Position numbers and translations under genes: made by a program
Shown here: positions 31,601 to 47,991 of the stretch, piece by piece
Layout of the letters: every line of letters starts with the position of its first letter
Position numbering within the stretch: the stretch's first letter is position 1
Source: the human T2T-CHM13v2.0 reference genome, Homo sapiens
Direction: 5' to 3' (one strand)
DNA length: 64,000 nt
Assembly (NCBI RefSeq): GCF_009914755.1
Contig: NC_060948.1
Notes under the pieces: generated by a model
Database searches by the model: none
Told to the model about the DNA's origin: nothing
The model's input: only the letters and a program-made list of their open reading frames with translations

Positions 31601-32235
31601 ATATTTCACAACTCTGCACTTTTGTGGTATGCTCTTAACTTAAAAATGCTGGACTCCTTCAAGTTTACCTATCAAGCCTTAATTTTATTATTCATTATTA
31701 TTTAAGCCCAGTGATTGCTTATCTGCAAAATGCTCCTTTTGTTCTTGTGTATCCTCACATAACCAGTAAGAATGCCTTGCACGTAAGTATTACTAAGGTC
31801 TCAGAACCTGGATGGCCAGGCGCAGTGGCTCACATTGTGAGCCAATGTGGAAGGCTGAGGCAGCTGGACTGCTTGAGCCCAGGGCTTTAATGTCCTCTAT
31901 GACAATGCAATGAGATCGTGTCTCTACAAAAATATAGAAAAAAGGGAAACAGATTTAGCTATGTGTGGTGGTGTATGCCTGTAGTCACAGCAACGCAGGA
32001 GGCTAAAAGAGGACAATTACTTGAGCCCAGGAATTTGAGGCCGTAGTGAGCTGTCATCTCATCGATGCACTCTGGCCTGGTGAGAGCAAGACTTCAACCC
32101 AAAAAGAAACTGAACAAACAATTTTTAGATTGACCCACTGGAGGACCACTACCAAGTGACCTAGGTAATGGAAGAATTCATTAGATTACGAAGCCTACCA
32201 TCAAAGAATACTGCCAGGAATTTTAAGAAAAATTA

Positions 32236-32556
<321 letters not shown>

Positions 32557-35500
32557 TTATATTGGTGTGACAGAGAGATTTGGGATAAATGCAGAGTGAA
32601 GAGAAAGCAAAAATCTATCAGTTAAATATATAAATACAATCTACATAAAGAAAAAATATATTTGGAGAAAAATGATAAATTACTGTTCATATAATTCTAC
32701 TATAAAAAAAGTGTTTCAAAACATATCATAAGGGTACACCAAATTCCATTCAAAGAAACTCATTTATTTACAAAATCAAAAAATGACACCTCAGAAAAAT
32801 ACATTATCTGTAAAATTTGTATCATAATATACAATTCCTAAAAATCCATTATGAAGTATTAATTTTTAGCTTAGTCTATGCTCAATTTTAATAACCTTTA
32901 AGAATTGCATATTAAATAATAAAAAATATTTTCTTATATCTACAAAAAATGTAGATATATTCTAATGCCTTGGTGGTGTTACAGGTAAGAAAATGCATAT
33001 TCTCATACATGGCAGAGTAGTATTAATCTTCACCCTCAAGATAATTTGAGAAAAAAATACTATGAAGCTATGTACCTTAAAATGGAGCAAACACTGCAAT
33101 TTCGACTTGAGAAAGCATATCCAATGACTTGCACATCCGGTTATTAAACTGATCTCCTGACCTTGTGATCCACCTGCTTCAGCCTCCCAAAGTGCTGGGA
33201 TTACAGGTGTGATTGCCTTACTCATTTCTTATCTTGCCTTAGAAGTGTCCCTAATAAATGACTCTTAATATAGTACTTCATGTTATTTCTCAGAAATGCT
33301 TAAATGTCCTAATTAATTTCATAATAACTTTCTTCACTTTAATCTTTTCTATAGGCAAAGGTGATTTTAGAAGAAATGTCAGCAAAAATTGTATTTAAAA
33401 CTTACATTGCTTTGTTATTTGGGGGAAGAACTTAAATCCTTTCCAAGATCTCTTGCACTCACATTTCTGGGCCCAAAACATGTTTCCCAGGTTTGTGCAT
33501 GACTGCTTCCTTCCTACTATTCAGAGGTCAGCCAAACTTTCTTAACCTGTTCATTGCCCCTGAAACCTCTAAGTACTTCCTTTATTTCCCTTCTTAACTT
33601 TTGTGTGCATATTACATTTATATTTATTCTTACACAGTAAGATATGTTGGATGAAGTAATTTAGAAGTAACATCCACAGAAATCACCTGTTCTTGTGCTT
33701 GAAAACTATGGGGGAAAAAGAAATTATCATAGATTATTATACATAAGTCAAAATTATTTCCACACCTACAAAACCATGAGCCAAACGCAACTTTCAGTTT
33801 CTCCAAAAACTTAAAATATGAAAGCATAACCTGAATAAAAAGGCACCTCTGCTATATACCAGGAAATGTGCTAGATGTAACAGAAACAAAAGCAACTAGG
33901 AAAACTTAAATATGCACTAAAGACAATTTAACAATCAACAGATTAATACATGGTACAGTGAGGCCAAAATACCCACAATATACAGTGAAGATGAAAATGT
34001 AAAATCTAAGCTGTTTTTGGAGCATGAATTGCTATTTGTGAGATGTACGCCGGGAAGAATAACTCTCGAGAAGTCCAAAAAAGCATATTGGTGATAGCAT
34101 AAAGAGTATTGGGAACTAAAAAGAGATTTGGATAATGTTATATAAAAAAATTCCAAAGTATCCAGAATGCAATGATTTTGATGGTAATATGAAGGAATTA
34201 AGCAGGTAATAGAACGACACAAAAGTTTAAAGCTGTAATAAACACAGGATCCCTAGAATTTAAGATTCAGTAAGACAGAGATCATTAGTTGGATCAACAC
34301 AAGTGCTCAAACACACTGGAAAAATGAATAATTAGGTACTCATGTTACATAAATCACTATGGTGACAGGATAAAAATGTTTTAAGGAGGAAAAGAGCAAG
34401 GATGGGGCAAAAATGCCAGTCATTCTGTTACTCAACTTCAATATTCTCATATTATTTTCTACTTTCAAGTACGTAACACTTCCTCAATGTAAAGATCTTG
34501 TTGAAATATACTTTCTCAAGAATGTGTTTTCAGAAAATGTGAAAAAATCTTTCCTTCTTGTGAGTCTGTCTAGATGTCTCTCTATAGAAGATTCCCATCT
34601 TGTAAGTCTATCTAGCTGTCTACCCATAGTTTGTCTATGCTATAGAAGTATTTCCATGAATTGGAAGTAATTCCATTAATAGCATTTGATAGATACTGAC
34701 TTATTTCTCTCATTTTTGTGAGGGTTTCTCCTAAGTTTTAAAGCTGCTTGAAAGCTTTGAAAATCTATTTACACTTGTATTGAAATACTAACATACAAAT
34801 ATGATTACCATATATTAATTTATGTAAGGTTTATTCCAATATCCTTCCAACTACACTTGTACTTAATATGGCAAAAAGAAGAGGATAGCTAAAGCATTTC
34901 AGATCATATGACATTATGCTATCTTCAAAAGTTTAGTAATACTAAAAAGACCTTGAAATGCTGTTAAGTGAAGAACAGTTAGGATATTATTAATAAGGAA
35001 CTGTTAACATTTCCATTCATATCTTTGACAACATTTTTAGCATCTGCAGCTTTCTCAAAATAAATGCAAAGCATCTGAACTTGCTGGTTTCCCAATCATT
35101 TATCAGAAGAACAAAAATATATGAAAATATTTTACATTTATCTAATGGACTCACTGTAGTACTAACAAACCCAAAAAATGCATTTCACATCATTACTATG
35201 ATTCTTTTAATACTAAGTCACCTCTATAGTCAGCCTATTTTATTCCAATTTGTTCCATGCGTCCACAACACATTTACTTTTGCTCATTTTCATTTTTCAG
35301 TAGTAGGTGACATTTACCACAGACCCTTCACCTGCTGCTATGAGAATTTTCCCAATATCAAATAGAAATCCAAAAATAACAGTTTAAAAACAAATAAATA
35401 TTTTATATATCCAGTAAATACATTAAGTATATATTTACTTTAAAAAATATATATAACCAACATGTATATGTAGATACATATATATACACACACACATATA

Positions 35501-36354
35501 TATATAACAGTTGCCTTCCAATATGAGACCATAATTCCCAAATACTGCTTTAAGTGTCTTTAACTGGTGTCTAAACGGAGGCCACCAATGAAAGGCTTGC
35601 CAGGCCTATCTGCTTCTACCATTTTGCTGTAAATGGTAACAAAAAATCTATATTTAGATAATAAATAAGCCAAAAAGATAAAATTTTATTACATATTGTG
35701 TTGAAAACTCAAGTGAAATTTCCTTGCAGAGGCTGACATCTTTTTAGATTTTCTTACTTCAAATATGTAAAATTTGTAACATGCACAGTGAAAGGGGCAC
35801 TGACTTCATGGACAAGTGCTGCATTTTAATATGTACCTGACAAAAACTTGTTTGTAAAAATGAGAGGAGAAAAGCTACTCTAATTTTCTTAAGCTGCAAT
35901 ACGCAGGATACTCCATTTAAATAGTTTTATTTGAAAACTATGTATATATACTGTACAGTGTGTTTTGTGGATTTTTTTCTTGATATGTAATTTTTCTGTT
36001 GCCAAAGTGCACCGCTCACTGCAGCCTCCTCTACCGAACCTCAAGTGATCCTCCCACGTCTCATCTAATGGGTAAGCTACAGGCACTCACTACCAGAGCT
36101 AGTAGGCACTTTTTTGTGTCTTTCTTTAATAGACATGGGTTTCCCCGTGGTACCCAACCTAGTCTCAAACTCCTGGGCTCAAGCTATCTTCTGGCCTGGT
36201 GCTACCAAGGTGATGAGATTTCAAGGGTGAACCACCACGCCCAGCTTGATATTTTAATAAATGATTAAATCAAGCTAACTAAAATACATGCTTCCTTGGG
36301 GGAGAACATTTCAAATGTTTTACATTTTAGTGATTTGAAATATACAATAGATCA

Positions 36355-36830
36355 GGGATCCCCAAACCCTGGTCTCCAACCGGTATCTGTCTGTGGCCTG
36401 TTAGGAACCTGGCTGCAGAACAGGTGGTGAACCTCTGGCACTGCCTGAGCCCCGCCTCCTGTCAGATCAGCGAAGACATTGGGTTCTCACAGGAGTAAGG
36501 GCCCTACTGTGAACTGCGCATACGAGGATCTAGGTGGCGCTCTCCCTAGAAGATTGTAATGCCTGAGTGTGACCTGAGGTGGAACAGTTTCATCCAGAAT
36601 CCATCCTCCCTATTCCCCGCTGGCCTGCCCTGTCCCCCTCGCAGCCCCGCTGTCCCACCACTGCCCCCCGTCACACTGCTCTGGCCTGAAACCCCTTCCT
36701 ACACTGTACTCCTCCTGGAACGGCCGCCCCCCACCTCCCCAAGGTGTCCACCTCACCACCTTCTCCCCCTACCCACCTCTTTTCTGTGAAAAAATAGCTT
36801 CCACTAAACCGGTCCCTGGCGCCAAAATGG
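36355..36830 (+). mobile_element. MER1B hAT DNA transposon with a C-rich internal insert
   Basis: cagggatccccaaaccc...gtggcctgttaggaacc...ctgagccccgcctcctgtcagatcagc...gaggtggaacagtttcatcc...aaaccggtccctggcgccaaaa; deleted counterpart at 51985-52350 (-). Confidence 0.88.
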
Positions 36831-37253
36831 CAATAGATTAAAGGGCTCATTATGTTCGCAGACTGGTCTCCAACTCGTGACTTCAAGCCATCCTCACATC
36901 TCCTCTTCCCAATGGTAGGAATTACAAGAGTAAGTCAGTGTGGCAAGTTAATAGAATAACTTAAACGCATTTATTTTGTCTCCGTTTTAAGCTATCTATC
37001 ACCATTTATCTGGATTACACCCACTTATTCGGTTTAAATTATTTACGGTGCCAGACATACATGAAACATGTTTCAAATACTGTCATACAAGGAAGGAGAC
37101 AATTAAAGGTTTTACGGAAACAAATTTAAACTGAGATTATTTATGGCCCCAGACTTCCTCATACACTAAAGTAATGCAATTTAGGTCAAAATTTCATAAT
37201 TCCTGTCAAGCAAATCATAAATTTGACATGTGATAAGTAAAACTACAAGGTGT

Positions 37254-37520
37254 TTTTTTGAGACGGAGTCTCGCTCGGTCGCCCAGGCTGGAGTGCAGTG
37301 GCACGATCTGGGCTCACTGCAAGCCCCGCCTCACGCCATTCTCCTGCCTCAGCCTCCCAAGTAGCTGGGACTACAGGCACCCACCACCACGCCCGGCTAA
37401 TTTTTTGTATGTTTAGTAGAGACGGGGTTTCACTCTGATCTCGATCTCCTGACCTCAAGATCCGCCCACCTCGGCCTCCCAAGGTGCTGGGATTACAAGC
37501 ATGAGCCACCGCGCCAGGCC
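37254..37520 (-). mobile_element. AluY-like with internal deletions
   Basis: Reverse Alu; absent from RBMY1 intron 1. Confidence 0.9.
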
Positions 37521-38309
37521 AAAGTACAAGTTTTTAATCACAGTGGTTAAGTATATTGCCTATATATTTGAATTAGGACCACATTCACAGAGAAAAACCG
37601 CTTTAACAAAAAGTGCACATGAGAAAAATGGCGCCCTAGCTCCATCTCCCACAACTTGCCCACATGTCGGGCACGTCCGATAGTAAAGGGAAGAATACTC
37701 AAGAAAAAGCAGCGAGTTTAACGAAAGTAAGTTTCGTAGTAAGTAAAGCAGTAAAGAGTCCTCTCCCTACTGTTTCCTCCCATAATTCAACACCCACACA
37801 TTGAAAACCCATCGCCTTTTATAGAAAAAATCCAAAAACTTCGTGGTCTTCGTACTCCTGCCAAGAAATCAGTTATACCCATAAACATAAATCCACACAT
37901 AATAACAATTATAACCTTTCTTAACATTTGCCAAAAAAAGCCTGAGAAAAATGGTCTGAATTAACACATTTCCTCTATTCGCAGGAGATGATGTAGACAT
38001 TAATTCTTTCACCTGAGATACAAACATGTCCTCTCTGCTTAAAATTAAGAATTTTTTGCCTAATTTTCCTGATTTTCTGAGAAACTGCCTGCGCGCCACC
38101 CTCTGTCACCACGAGCTGAAGGAACAGTTGAGGCTAGTGGCGTACCCAGCTATAAAACTTAGAAACACGGATATACCACCACTGTGAGAGCCGCAAAGGA
38201 AGTAGGCAAAGAGAAGCATAACATAAATAAAAGGAAGAGTGGCCCAAGAAATTTTGAATTAAAAAAAAAAAAGAAAAGGAAAATTTTTTATGTAATTCAA
38301 TTATTTAAA

Positions 38310-39140
38310 TGTAATATATAATTTAATTATACTTTTAGCTATTTTTAAATGAACAGTTAAATTATTTTTTAATATAGTCACCCTGTTGTGCTAGCAAAAA
38401 CTACATCTTCTTTATTCTATTTTTTATACTGATTAACCATGTACCCTGCCCCTCCACCTTCCAACTCCTGATTATCCTTCCCCGCCTCTTGCAACCATCC
38501 ATCTACATTCTATCACTATGAGTTCAATTGTTTTAAGTTTTAGCTCCCACAGGTAAGTGAGAACATGCAATGTTTGTCTTTCTGTGCATGGCTTATTTCA
38601 CTTAACATAATGACCTCCAGTTCCATCCATATTGTTGCAAATGACAAGATCTCATTTTTCTATGGCTGAATAGTACCCTCTTGCATATATGTACCACATT
38701 TTCTTCATCCATTATTCTGTTGATAGACACTTAGTTTCCTTCCAAATCTTGGCTATTGTGAGTGGTGCTACAATAAACATGGGAGTGCAGATATCTCTTC
38801 AATATACCGATTTCCTTTCTTTTAGGTATGTATTTAGAAACGGGAGTGCTGGATCATATGGTAGCTCTATTTTTACTTTTTTGAGGGACTTCCAAACTGT
38901 TTTCCATAGTGATTGTACTAACTTCCATTCCCTCCAACAGTGTGTGAGGGTTCCATATTCGCCACACCCTCACCACCATTTGCTATTGCCTGTCTTTTGA
39001 ATAAAAGCAATTTTAACTGTAGTGAGAGGATATCTCATTATAGTTTTGATTTGCATTTATCTGATGATCAATGATATTGAGCACCTTTTCAGATACCTGT
39101 TTGCCACTTGTATGTCTTCTTTCCAGAAATGTGTGTTCAG
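38310..39140 (-). mobile_element. L1MA/L1PB-type 3' end
   Basis: tgagaacatgcaatgtttgtctttctgtgcatggcttatttcacttaacataatg motif. Confidence 0.85.
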
Positions 39141-39189
39141 TTTTTTCATATATATATGTATATATACATATGAAAACATATATATATAT

Positions 39190-41061
<1,872 letters not shown>

Positions 41062-42502
41062 AAAAAAATTTAAAATGCCAAAATATGTTCTATATAATTT
41101 TCATTTTTTACTTTTTTGAGTTGTGGTAGTCTGATCAACCTTAAAAAAGTATTTTTATTATGAAATAGTCATCCATATTTCATCCCCCTCTCAAATATTA
41201 GCAATAAGCTCACTCTACATGGTGTCTGCTTATTTCATAAAATAATGCACAAAGGAGAAAAGCAATAACTGAATTTTAAAGAAATCTATAAGAAACAAGC
41301 AATAATAAGTAAAATAACATCAAAAGAAAGCAAGAAAAATAAGTCAATTAGGAATGTAAAGTTTTGTCATCTTAATCTTGTATCTTCCCTTTTTGGTTGT
41401 AATATAATATTTGAACAGCTTATTTTATTTGCTTATGAGATAAATGTAGTGATTTGACCCAAACTTCCAAAATTAACAGAAACAATATACACACATAGGC
41501 GGTTTCTCTGTCCTCAGTTTGTGTATAATAAATAACATCCTTAATTAACAGAGCTCTAGTAAAATAAATACCATTTATATTCCTGAAAAAAATATTTTAT
41601 TAACTGACAGACTATAGTGTCCATTAAGTTATTCTCCCCCATCTATTACATTCTATGAATTTTGCGGCAAAATAAAAATGTAACATAAGAAAATAGGTTT
41701 AAATATCTACACAATGCAACCCAAACTTATTTTTCTGAGTTTGTCTATAAATTGTGCATATCAGAATTGTAAAGAACAGTTCTTAAAAAAATGCTTATTA
41801 TAAGCCACTTTTTAAGTGCTTTATATTAATTTTAACAAATTAAAGTCTATACATTCTATACTCACACTTATGAACTGCTTAGTTCATAAACTATACCATA
41901 CCAATATAGAGCTGTTTGTGTCTGCATAATATTTTAATTTATCTTTTCAATGTTTTCTTTTCTGATGAATATCCTAACAGTAAAAACATCATCTGAAGGT
42001 AAAGATATTTTATGTTATGTATATTTTAGAAAAAGTTTCTTAAATTATGGTTACCATCTCTTGGTATTATTAGTTTCTTTGTTACAAAACCCACAGTAGC
42101 ATTCTATTCTAAATATGTGTACGTTTTTTATTATTCAAGAGAGGAAACTATTTTCTTTCCAAACATGCTTCTCTTTCATCCCAGTGTCTTCTTCATTACC
42201 CAACCTTCATAAGGAATCAATTAGGTAGCCAACAATCATATAGTTGTATAAATTTCTCCTGTTCCAGACTTTCCTCCGAGCATAGAGGAAAGACTAGGGG
42301 TCGAAAATGTAGTGGCTGCTTCAGGAAGATCAACCTAGGTCCTAGAGGTACCTTGGGAGCTAGGTAGGGTATGGCATGGTCAGTGCTGACAGTCTGAGCT
42401 TGGGCAGAATCCCGAAGATGACTAAGCCCCACTTGGACCATTCTATTCTAAAATACGTGTACATGAAGAAAATAGAACAATGATTAAAATACATAAACAA
42501 AT

Positions 42503-42790
42503 GAGCCTGGGCATGGTGGCTCACACCTGGAAGCCCAGCATTTTGGGAGGCTGGTGCAGGCGGATCACAGGAGTACGAATCCAGCCTGGCAAATATGGTG
42601 AAACTAGTCTCGACTAAAAATACAAACATTAGCAGGACATAGTGGCATATGCCTGTAATCCCAGCTCCTCGGAAGGCTAAGGCAGGGGAATCGTGTGAAG
42701 CTGGAGGGAGAGGTTTCAGTGAGCCAAGATTTTGCCACTTCACTCCAGCCTGGATGACGGAGTGAGACTCCATCTGGAAACAAACAAACA
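42503..42790 (+). mobile_element. AluS within a ~500-bp block paralogous to 46491-46981
   Basis: Alu consensus plus shared unique flanks. Confidence 0.88.
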
Positions 42791-43110
42791 CACACATACG
42801 CCCCAAAAACTAATGAATAAAAAAAATCTGTATTAGAAAAAGTGCTCACAGGCTAACTCCCATATCTAACAGAAAAAAAAAATCCTTGAAAATGAAAGTT
42901 CTGGAAGGGGCAAATAAGAAAACAAATTTAACACCTCACATGTAAACATACTTTAAAGATACTAATTAGAAAATTAGTATCTGTTCTCAGATACTAATAA
43001 GTAAGATATTACTTATTATACTATATTACTTATATACTAGTAAGTAAGATATTACTACTAAGTAAGATATTAGCAAAACATACTTTAAAGATACTAATTA
43101 GAAAGCACTG

Positions 43111-43459
<349 letters not shown>

Positions 43460-44939
43460 TCAATAAAATCCTTTACTCTTACAGTAAGAACCAATTATTA
43501 AATGTTGATTACCTAGCTCCTGGATGGTTTTCTAAGTATTTCAGAACTGTTGTTTTAGTAATAACCACTTAGCATACTTGTGAGAATTACTGGTTCTACA
43601 GGTCTCATTTCAGATGATTGGACCGGGATTTTGAAGGAAAATAGCTAGAAGTATCTGGGTATATATTTTATGACCCACGTAATTATTTGAGGATGCTTGT
43701 GAAACTCTGGTCTGACAAATAAGATACAGTAAAACAACAACAACAAAAACAACAAAACCAAAAACAGAACCAAAAAAAAGACCCCAAAAATAAGCCACAC
43801 GTGAAGAACATCAAGCCAGGAGTCAGGAACAAATACTTTATCTTTTCCTAACTTCAGGATTCTCAATTTGTATGCCCCTATCTTCTTTTTCATTCTTGGT
43901 AAATACTACTCCAACTATCCAACACTTCAGAGTACTAATTAACCTGTTAGTTTGAAATTCAGCAAAATATATGAAACCTATTTCTGAACATTTTCTTTAG
44001 GATCCTATTTCTAGCTATACACCTGTGTCAGTTATGCTATACATGACTATAAGATAGCAGTATTTAACAAAAATATTTGACCACTGAGGCAAAATTATCT
44101 TCTGTAAATGATCCACTGCTACTAAGATTACGTTGACAATTTGGATATTGTACTGACATTTTGAATTTCATATATTCGAGGAAGATTGGAAAGCATCTTC
44201 AGATGTCATTGTCTATAATGATAAGAGTTAATGCTCATATTAACTTCCAAATTTTTCTATGTTAAAGCAGGTGTGCAGGTATTGCATGAACAGGTAGGCC
44301 ACTGAAGCATAACTGTGGTTAAAGCTGTAAAAGTTTTGGCGAAATTGCACATAACAAGATCTCCACAGAAAATTTAGATTTTGGCTCAGCTAGGAGATGT
44401 TGAAGAAAATTACATTTCTTATTCTTAATGATTCCCCAGCTGGATCTTAAAGGGAGATAGCATGATATTGTGGAAAGAGGTAGTTTTGTAATTTGAAATT
44501 AGACTTTAAGAAAAGATGATGATTTTGAGACTCAAATTTCAGATGTATGAAGTGGGGTCTAAAATATCTAGTACCTGTGTTTGTAGTTATAAAGATCATA
44601 TAATAACAATTTATTTTATTTGGCTTGTACTTTTCCGTAAAACAAAGACATCATTTAACTGTGTTACTATAGGTTTGTGTGGGCATTTTAAAGGAACATT
44701 TCTCTTGTGATAAATAACATAGTAATACTGACAGAGAATGATTCTTACTCCAACATTGACATTGCAGAGCTCCAGCTGTTCTCTAGAGAAACTGGCGTGA
44801 ATTGAAGAAAAAACAGTGGATGATTGAAGGTAACTTATGAGCCAGTCTTTATTTACTAAGACTATGTAATTCTCAGAGGGGACATACAACCTGTGAAGAG
44901 TTGGATATGAATGATGGAGACTCATTGAGAAGCGGCTGC

Positions 44940-45230
44940 CTCAAGGATCATCCTCTACATTTCTAGCTTGAAATACAGAGTATTTGGTGCTGTGAATTTC
45001 TGAAATAGTGGAATACTGTAGGAGGAAACATGTTTTGGGGATGAAATGAAGGTCTGGTTTGGTATGTGGAGATGTAAGGCATGCAGTTGGATATGCCAAG
45101 TGTGAAGGTAGAACAAAGATCTGGCCTGAAGTTGGGAATTTCTTAATGGTAAGCATAGAAAGGGTGTTTTAGCCTTGAGAAAACTCAAGAGGATCCATGA
45201 CTAAAATCTGCACAACTTCAACACCTGTAG
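44940..45230 (-). mobile_element. L2 fragment
   Basis: ttctagcttgaaa...ggaggaaacatgttttgggg...gatatgccaagt...gatctggcctgaag resembles L2. Confidence 0.55.
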
Positions 45231-45879
45231 ATTTAGTAAAGATGCCAACAAAATACACACCAAGTTCGTATTAAAATTAATGAGAAAAGACAAACGACTT
45301 AGTGAGAGGCATTCGGGCAACTAGCATTTAGCTAGATATTAGCTAGGAAATTTGGGAAAAAATGAAATGTCTAAAGAATCTTTGATCAGGTTTCCAAATA
45401 TACAAAATAAAAACCACTTACATGTTAGAAGACAATATCAAAATGATATTATGTTAATGGTACTATTTAATGCTAATAGACAAAAGTGAAAATTATTGTG
45501 AATTAAATCAATAGACAATATATTTTCTATCACTGTCTTTTCTTCTCAATTTGTGTGTTGTTTTAATTCACTAAGCAATGACTCCTCTTAATTCCACTAC
45601 TTTTTATTTAACACTGCATTTTTTTTCATATGTGCAATATTACACTGTCCAATAGAGAGGAAATGCAGAATTTGGGCTGTTATATCAGAAATACCTTAGT
45701 TTTTCAGCTTTGAGCTTCTGGAGTGTGGTTAATTTAAATATTCTCATCAGGCCTCGATTTTTCTAATTTCTGTAATCACTTCTCCAAAATAAACAATGTC
45801 TGAAACTGATGACTACAGTGAAATTAAAATTATGCTGGCTTTTAAGATAATTATGTTTATGTAAATTTGAGGCTTTCTT

Positions 45880-46181
45880 TGGGGGGTGTGGGGTGGTGGA
45901 GACAAATCTTTGCTCTTGTGACCCAGGCTGTAGTGCAGTGGCATGATCTTGGCTCACTGCAACCTCCGCCTCTCCGGTTCAACCGATTCTCCTGCCTCAG
46001 CCTCCCAAATAGCTAGGATTACAGGAACATGCCACCACACCCAGCTAATTTTTGAATATTTAGTAGAGATGGGGTTTCACCATGTTGACCAGGTTGGTCT
46101 TGAACTTCTGACATCTGGTAATCCACCAGGCTTGGCCTCCCAAAGTGTGGGGATTACAGGCGTGAGCCACCCCACCTGGCC
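45880..46181 (-). mobile_element. AluS
   Basis: Reverse Alu consensus. Confidence 0.92.
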
Positions 46182-46552
46182 TTCAAATTATATTTTCATA
46201 CCCACTCACTTCCACAATTTTTTGGACCCATCTAGACATTTTTAGTGCATTGCTTTAAAGTGAATAAACTGCATAAACTGTGTGGGAGCATATCTTTGGG
46301 GTTATCTGCATGTGCTCTTCAGGGGGCGGGGGCCGGAAATGGTATTAGAGTTCTTGAAGAATTTATGAAAGAGAGAATGACAATACTATACAAGGTTTAA
46401 CCTATTCACAATACTGTATTTACTGAATAAAAACATTACTTTTAAAATTCTACTATTGACTAAATAAATAAAATACATTCTTTCAATCACTCTAAAATAT
46501 GTGTACATGAAGAGAATAGAACAAGGCTTCAAATACGTAAACAAATAAATGA

Positions 46553-46835
46553 GGCCGGGCATGGTGGCTCACGATGTAAACCCAGCAGTTTGGCAGGCAG
46601 AAGTGGGTGAATCACTTGAGGTCAGGAGTTGGAGACCAGCCTGGCAAATATGGTGAAACCCAGTCTTGATGAAAAATACAAAAATTAGCTGGGCATGGTG
46701 GCATGCACCGGTAATCCCAGCTCCTCAGAAGGCTGAGGCAGGGTAATGGCTTGAAGCCAGGAGGCAGAGGTTGAGGTTGAGCCAAGATCCTACCACTTCA
46801 CTCCAGGCTGGGTGGCAGAGCAATGCTCCTCAAAA
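46553..46835 (+). mobile_element. AluS
   Basis: Alu consensus. Confidence 0.9.
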
Positions 46836-47991
46836 CACACACAGACACCCCAAAAAAACTAAAAAATGAAAATAAAAATTTTGTACTCATAAACTCACAT
46901 ATCTAACAGAAAAAAAGTACTTTAAAACGAAGTTTCCACAAAAGGCAAATAACAAAACAAATTTATCACCTTACATATAAAATTAAAATAATAAACTGAA
47001 GAGAACTATAAGGGAAAAAATTCAAAATTTACAAGTAAGTACTGTAAAAGAAGCTGAAAGTCACTCAAAACTTTTCCGGATTCTATGTCTCTACATAGAA
47101 TCTATGATCATACAAACATGATCATAAAATTTCCCAGGGGCAGAACAATCAAAATGTATCTTAAAACTCAATAAACACTTCAAGTCTCACATAAGAATTG
47201 TAATGGAAAATGGATGCGTCTGCAGTATTTCTATACAAATCTGAACAAACACTATTTCTTTGTCCTCATTGTTTCACTATTCCAAGAAAATAACTTCCAC
47301 ATTAATATTAGGGGATGTGACAAAGCAGATCTTCATCATGATAAGTAACACTCGGTGTCCACACCACTACTCAGGTGGGCCTTAATTCTCAGCCAGGTTT
47401 CCTCCCTGGACACACAATGAAGGGCTCATTCATTTTGCCATCTCTTCACATTTCCTCCTCTGTGAGCCCAGTGTGGTTTTCCAGATTCCCTGAGTAGTGG
47501 CCTCTCTTGTCTGGTGGGGCAGGGTGGGGCAGCGCAGTGTGAGTGATGATGGCGGAGGGCAGAAAGCATCTCAGGGAAGCCTGGGATCATTGTAACAAAA
47601 AATGATGGGCCTGGGACAGCCCATCAGGGAGGACGTAGAGAGGGGCCTTGGGAGGATATCTGCGTGGAGGGTGAGAGGGCCCTGGTTGAGCCCAAACTGA
47701 GCCCCAAGTGGTAGCCGGCCTCAGGCCTCAGCCGGTGAGGGATGATGAGACAGCTACCACTTGAGCCTTGCTTCTCACCCACTGACCTTAGACACTTATT
47801 CCTCTTAGGCGGCTGAAGGTGCCCCAATCCCAAAATGTGGGTGTTAAAGTTCTTTGATGGCCATTTCTCCGCCAGCCCATGGATGGCGTGGGATCGCTCA
47901 CTGCAGTCACCTCCCTGAGGCTTGGATTCTCCATGTGGGGCACAACTCCAGGAATCAAAGGTCTCTCAGTCCCCAGCCCTAGACTGTTCAC

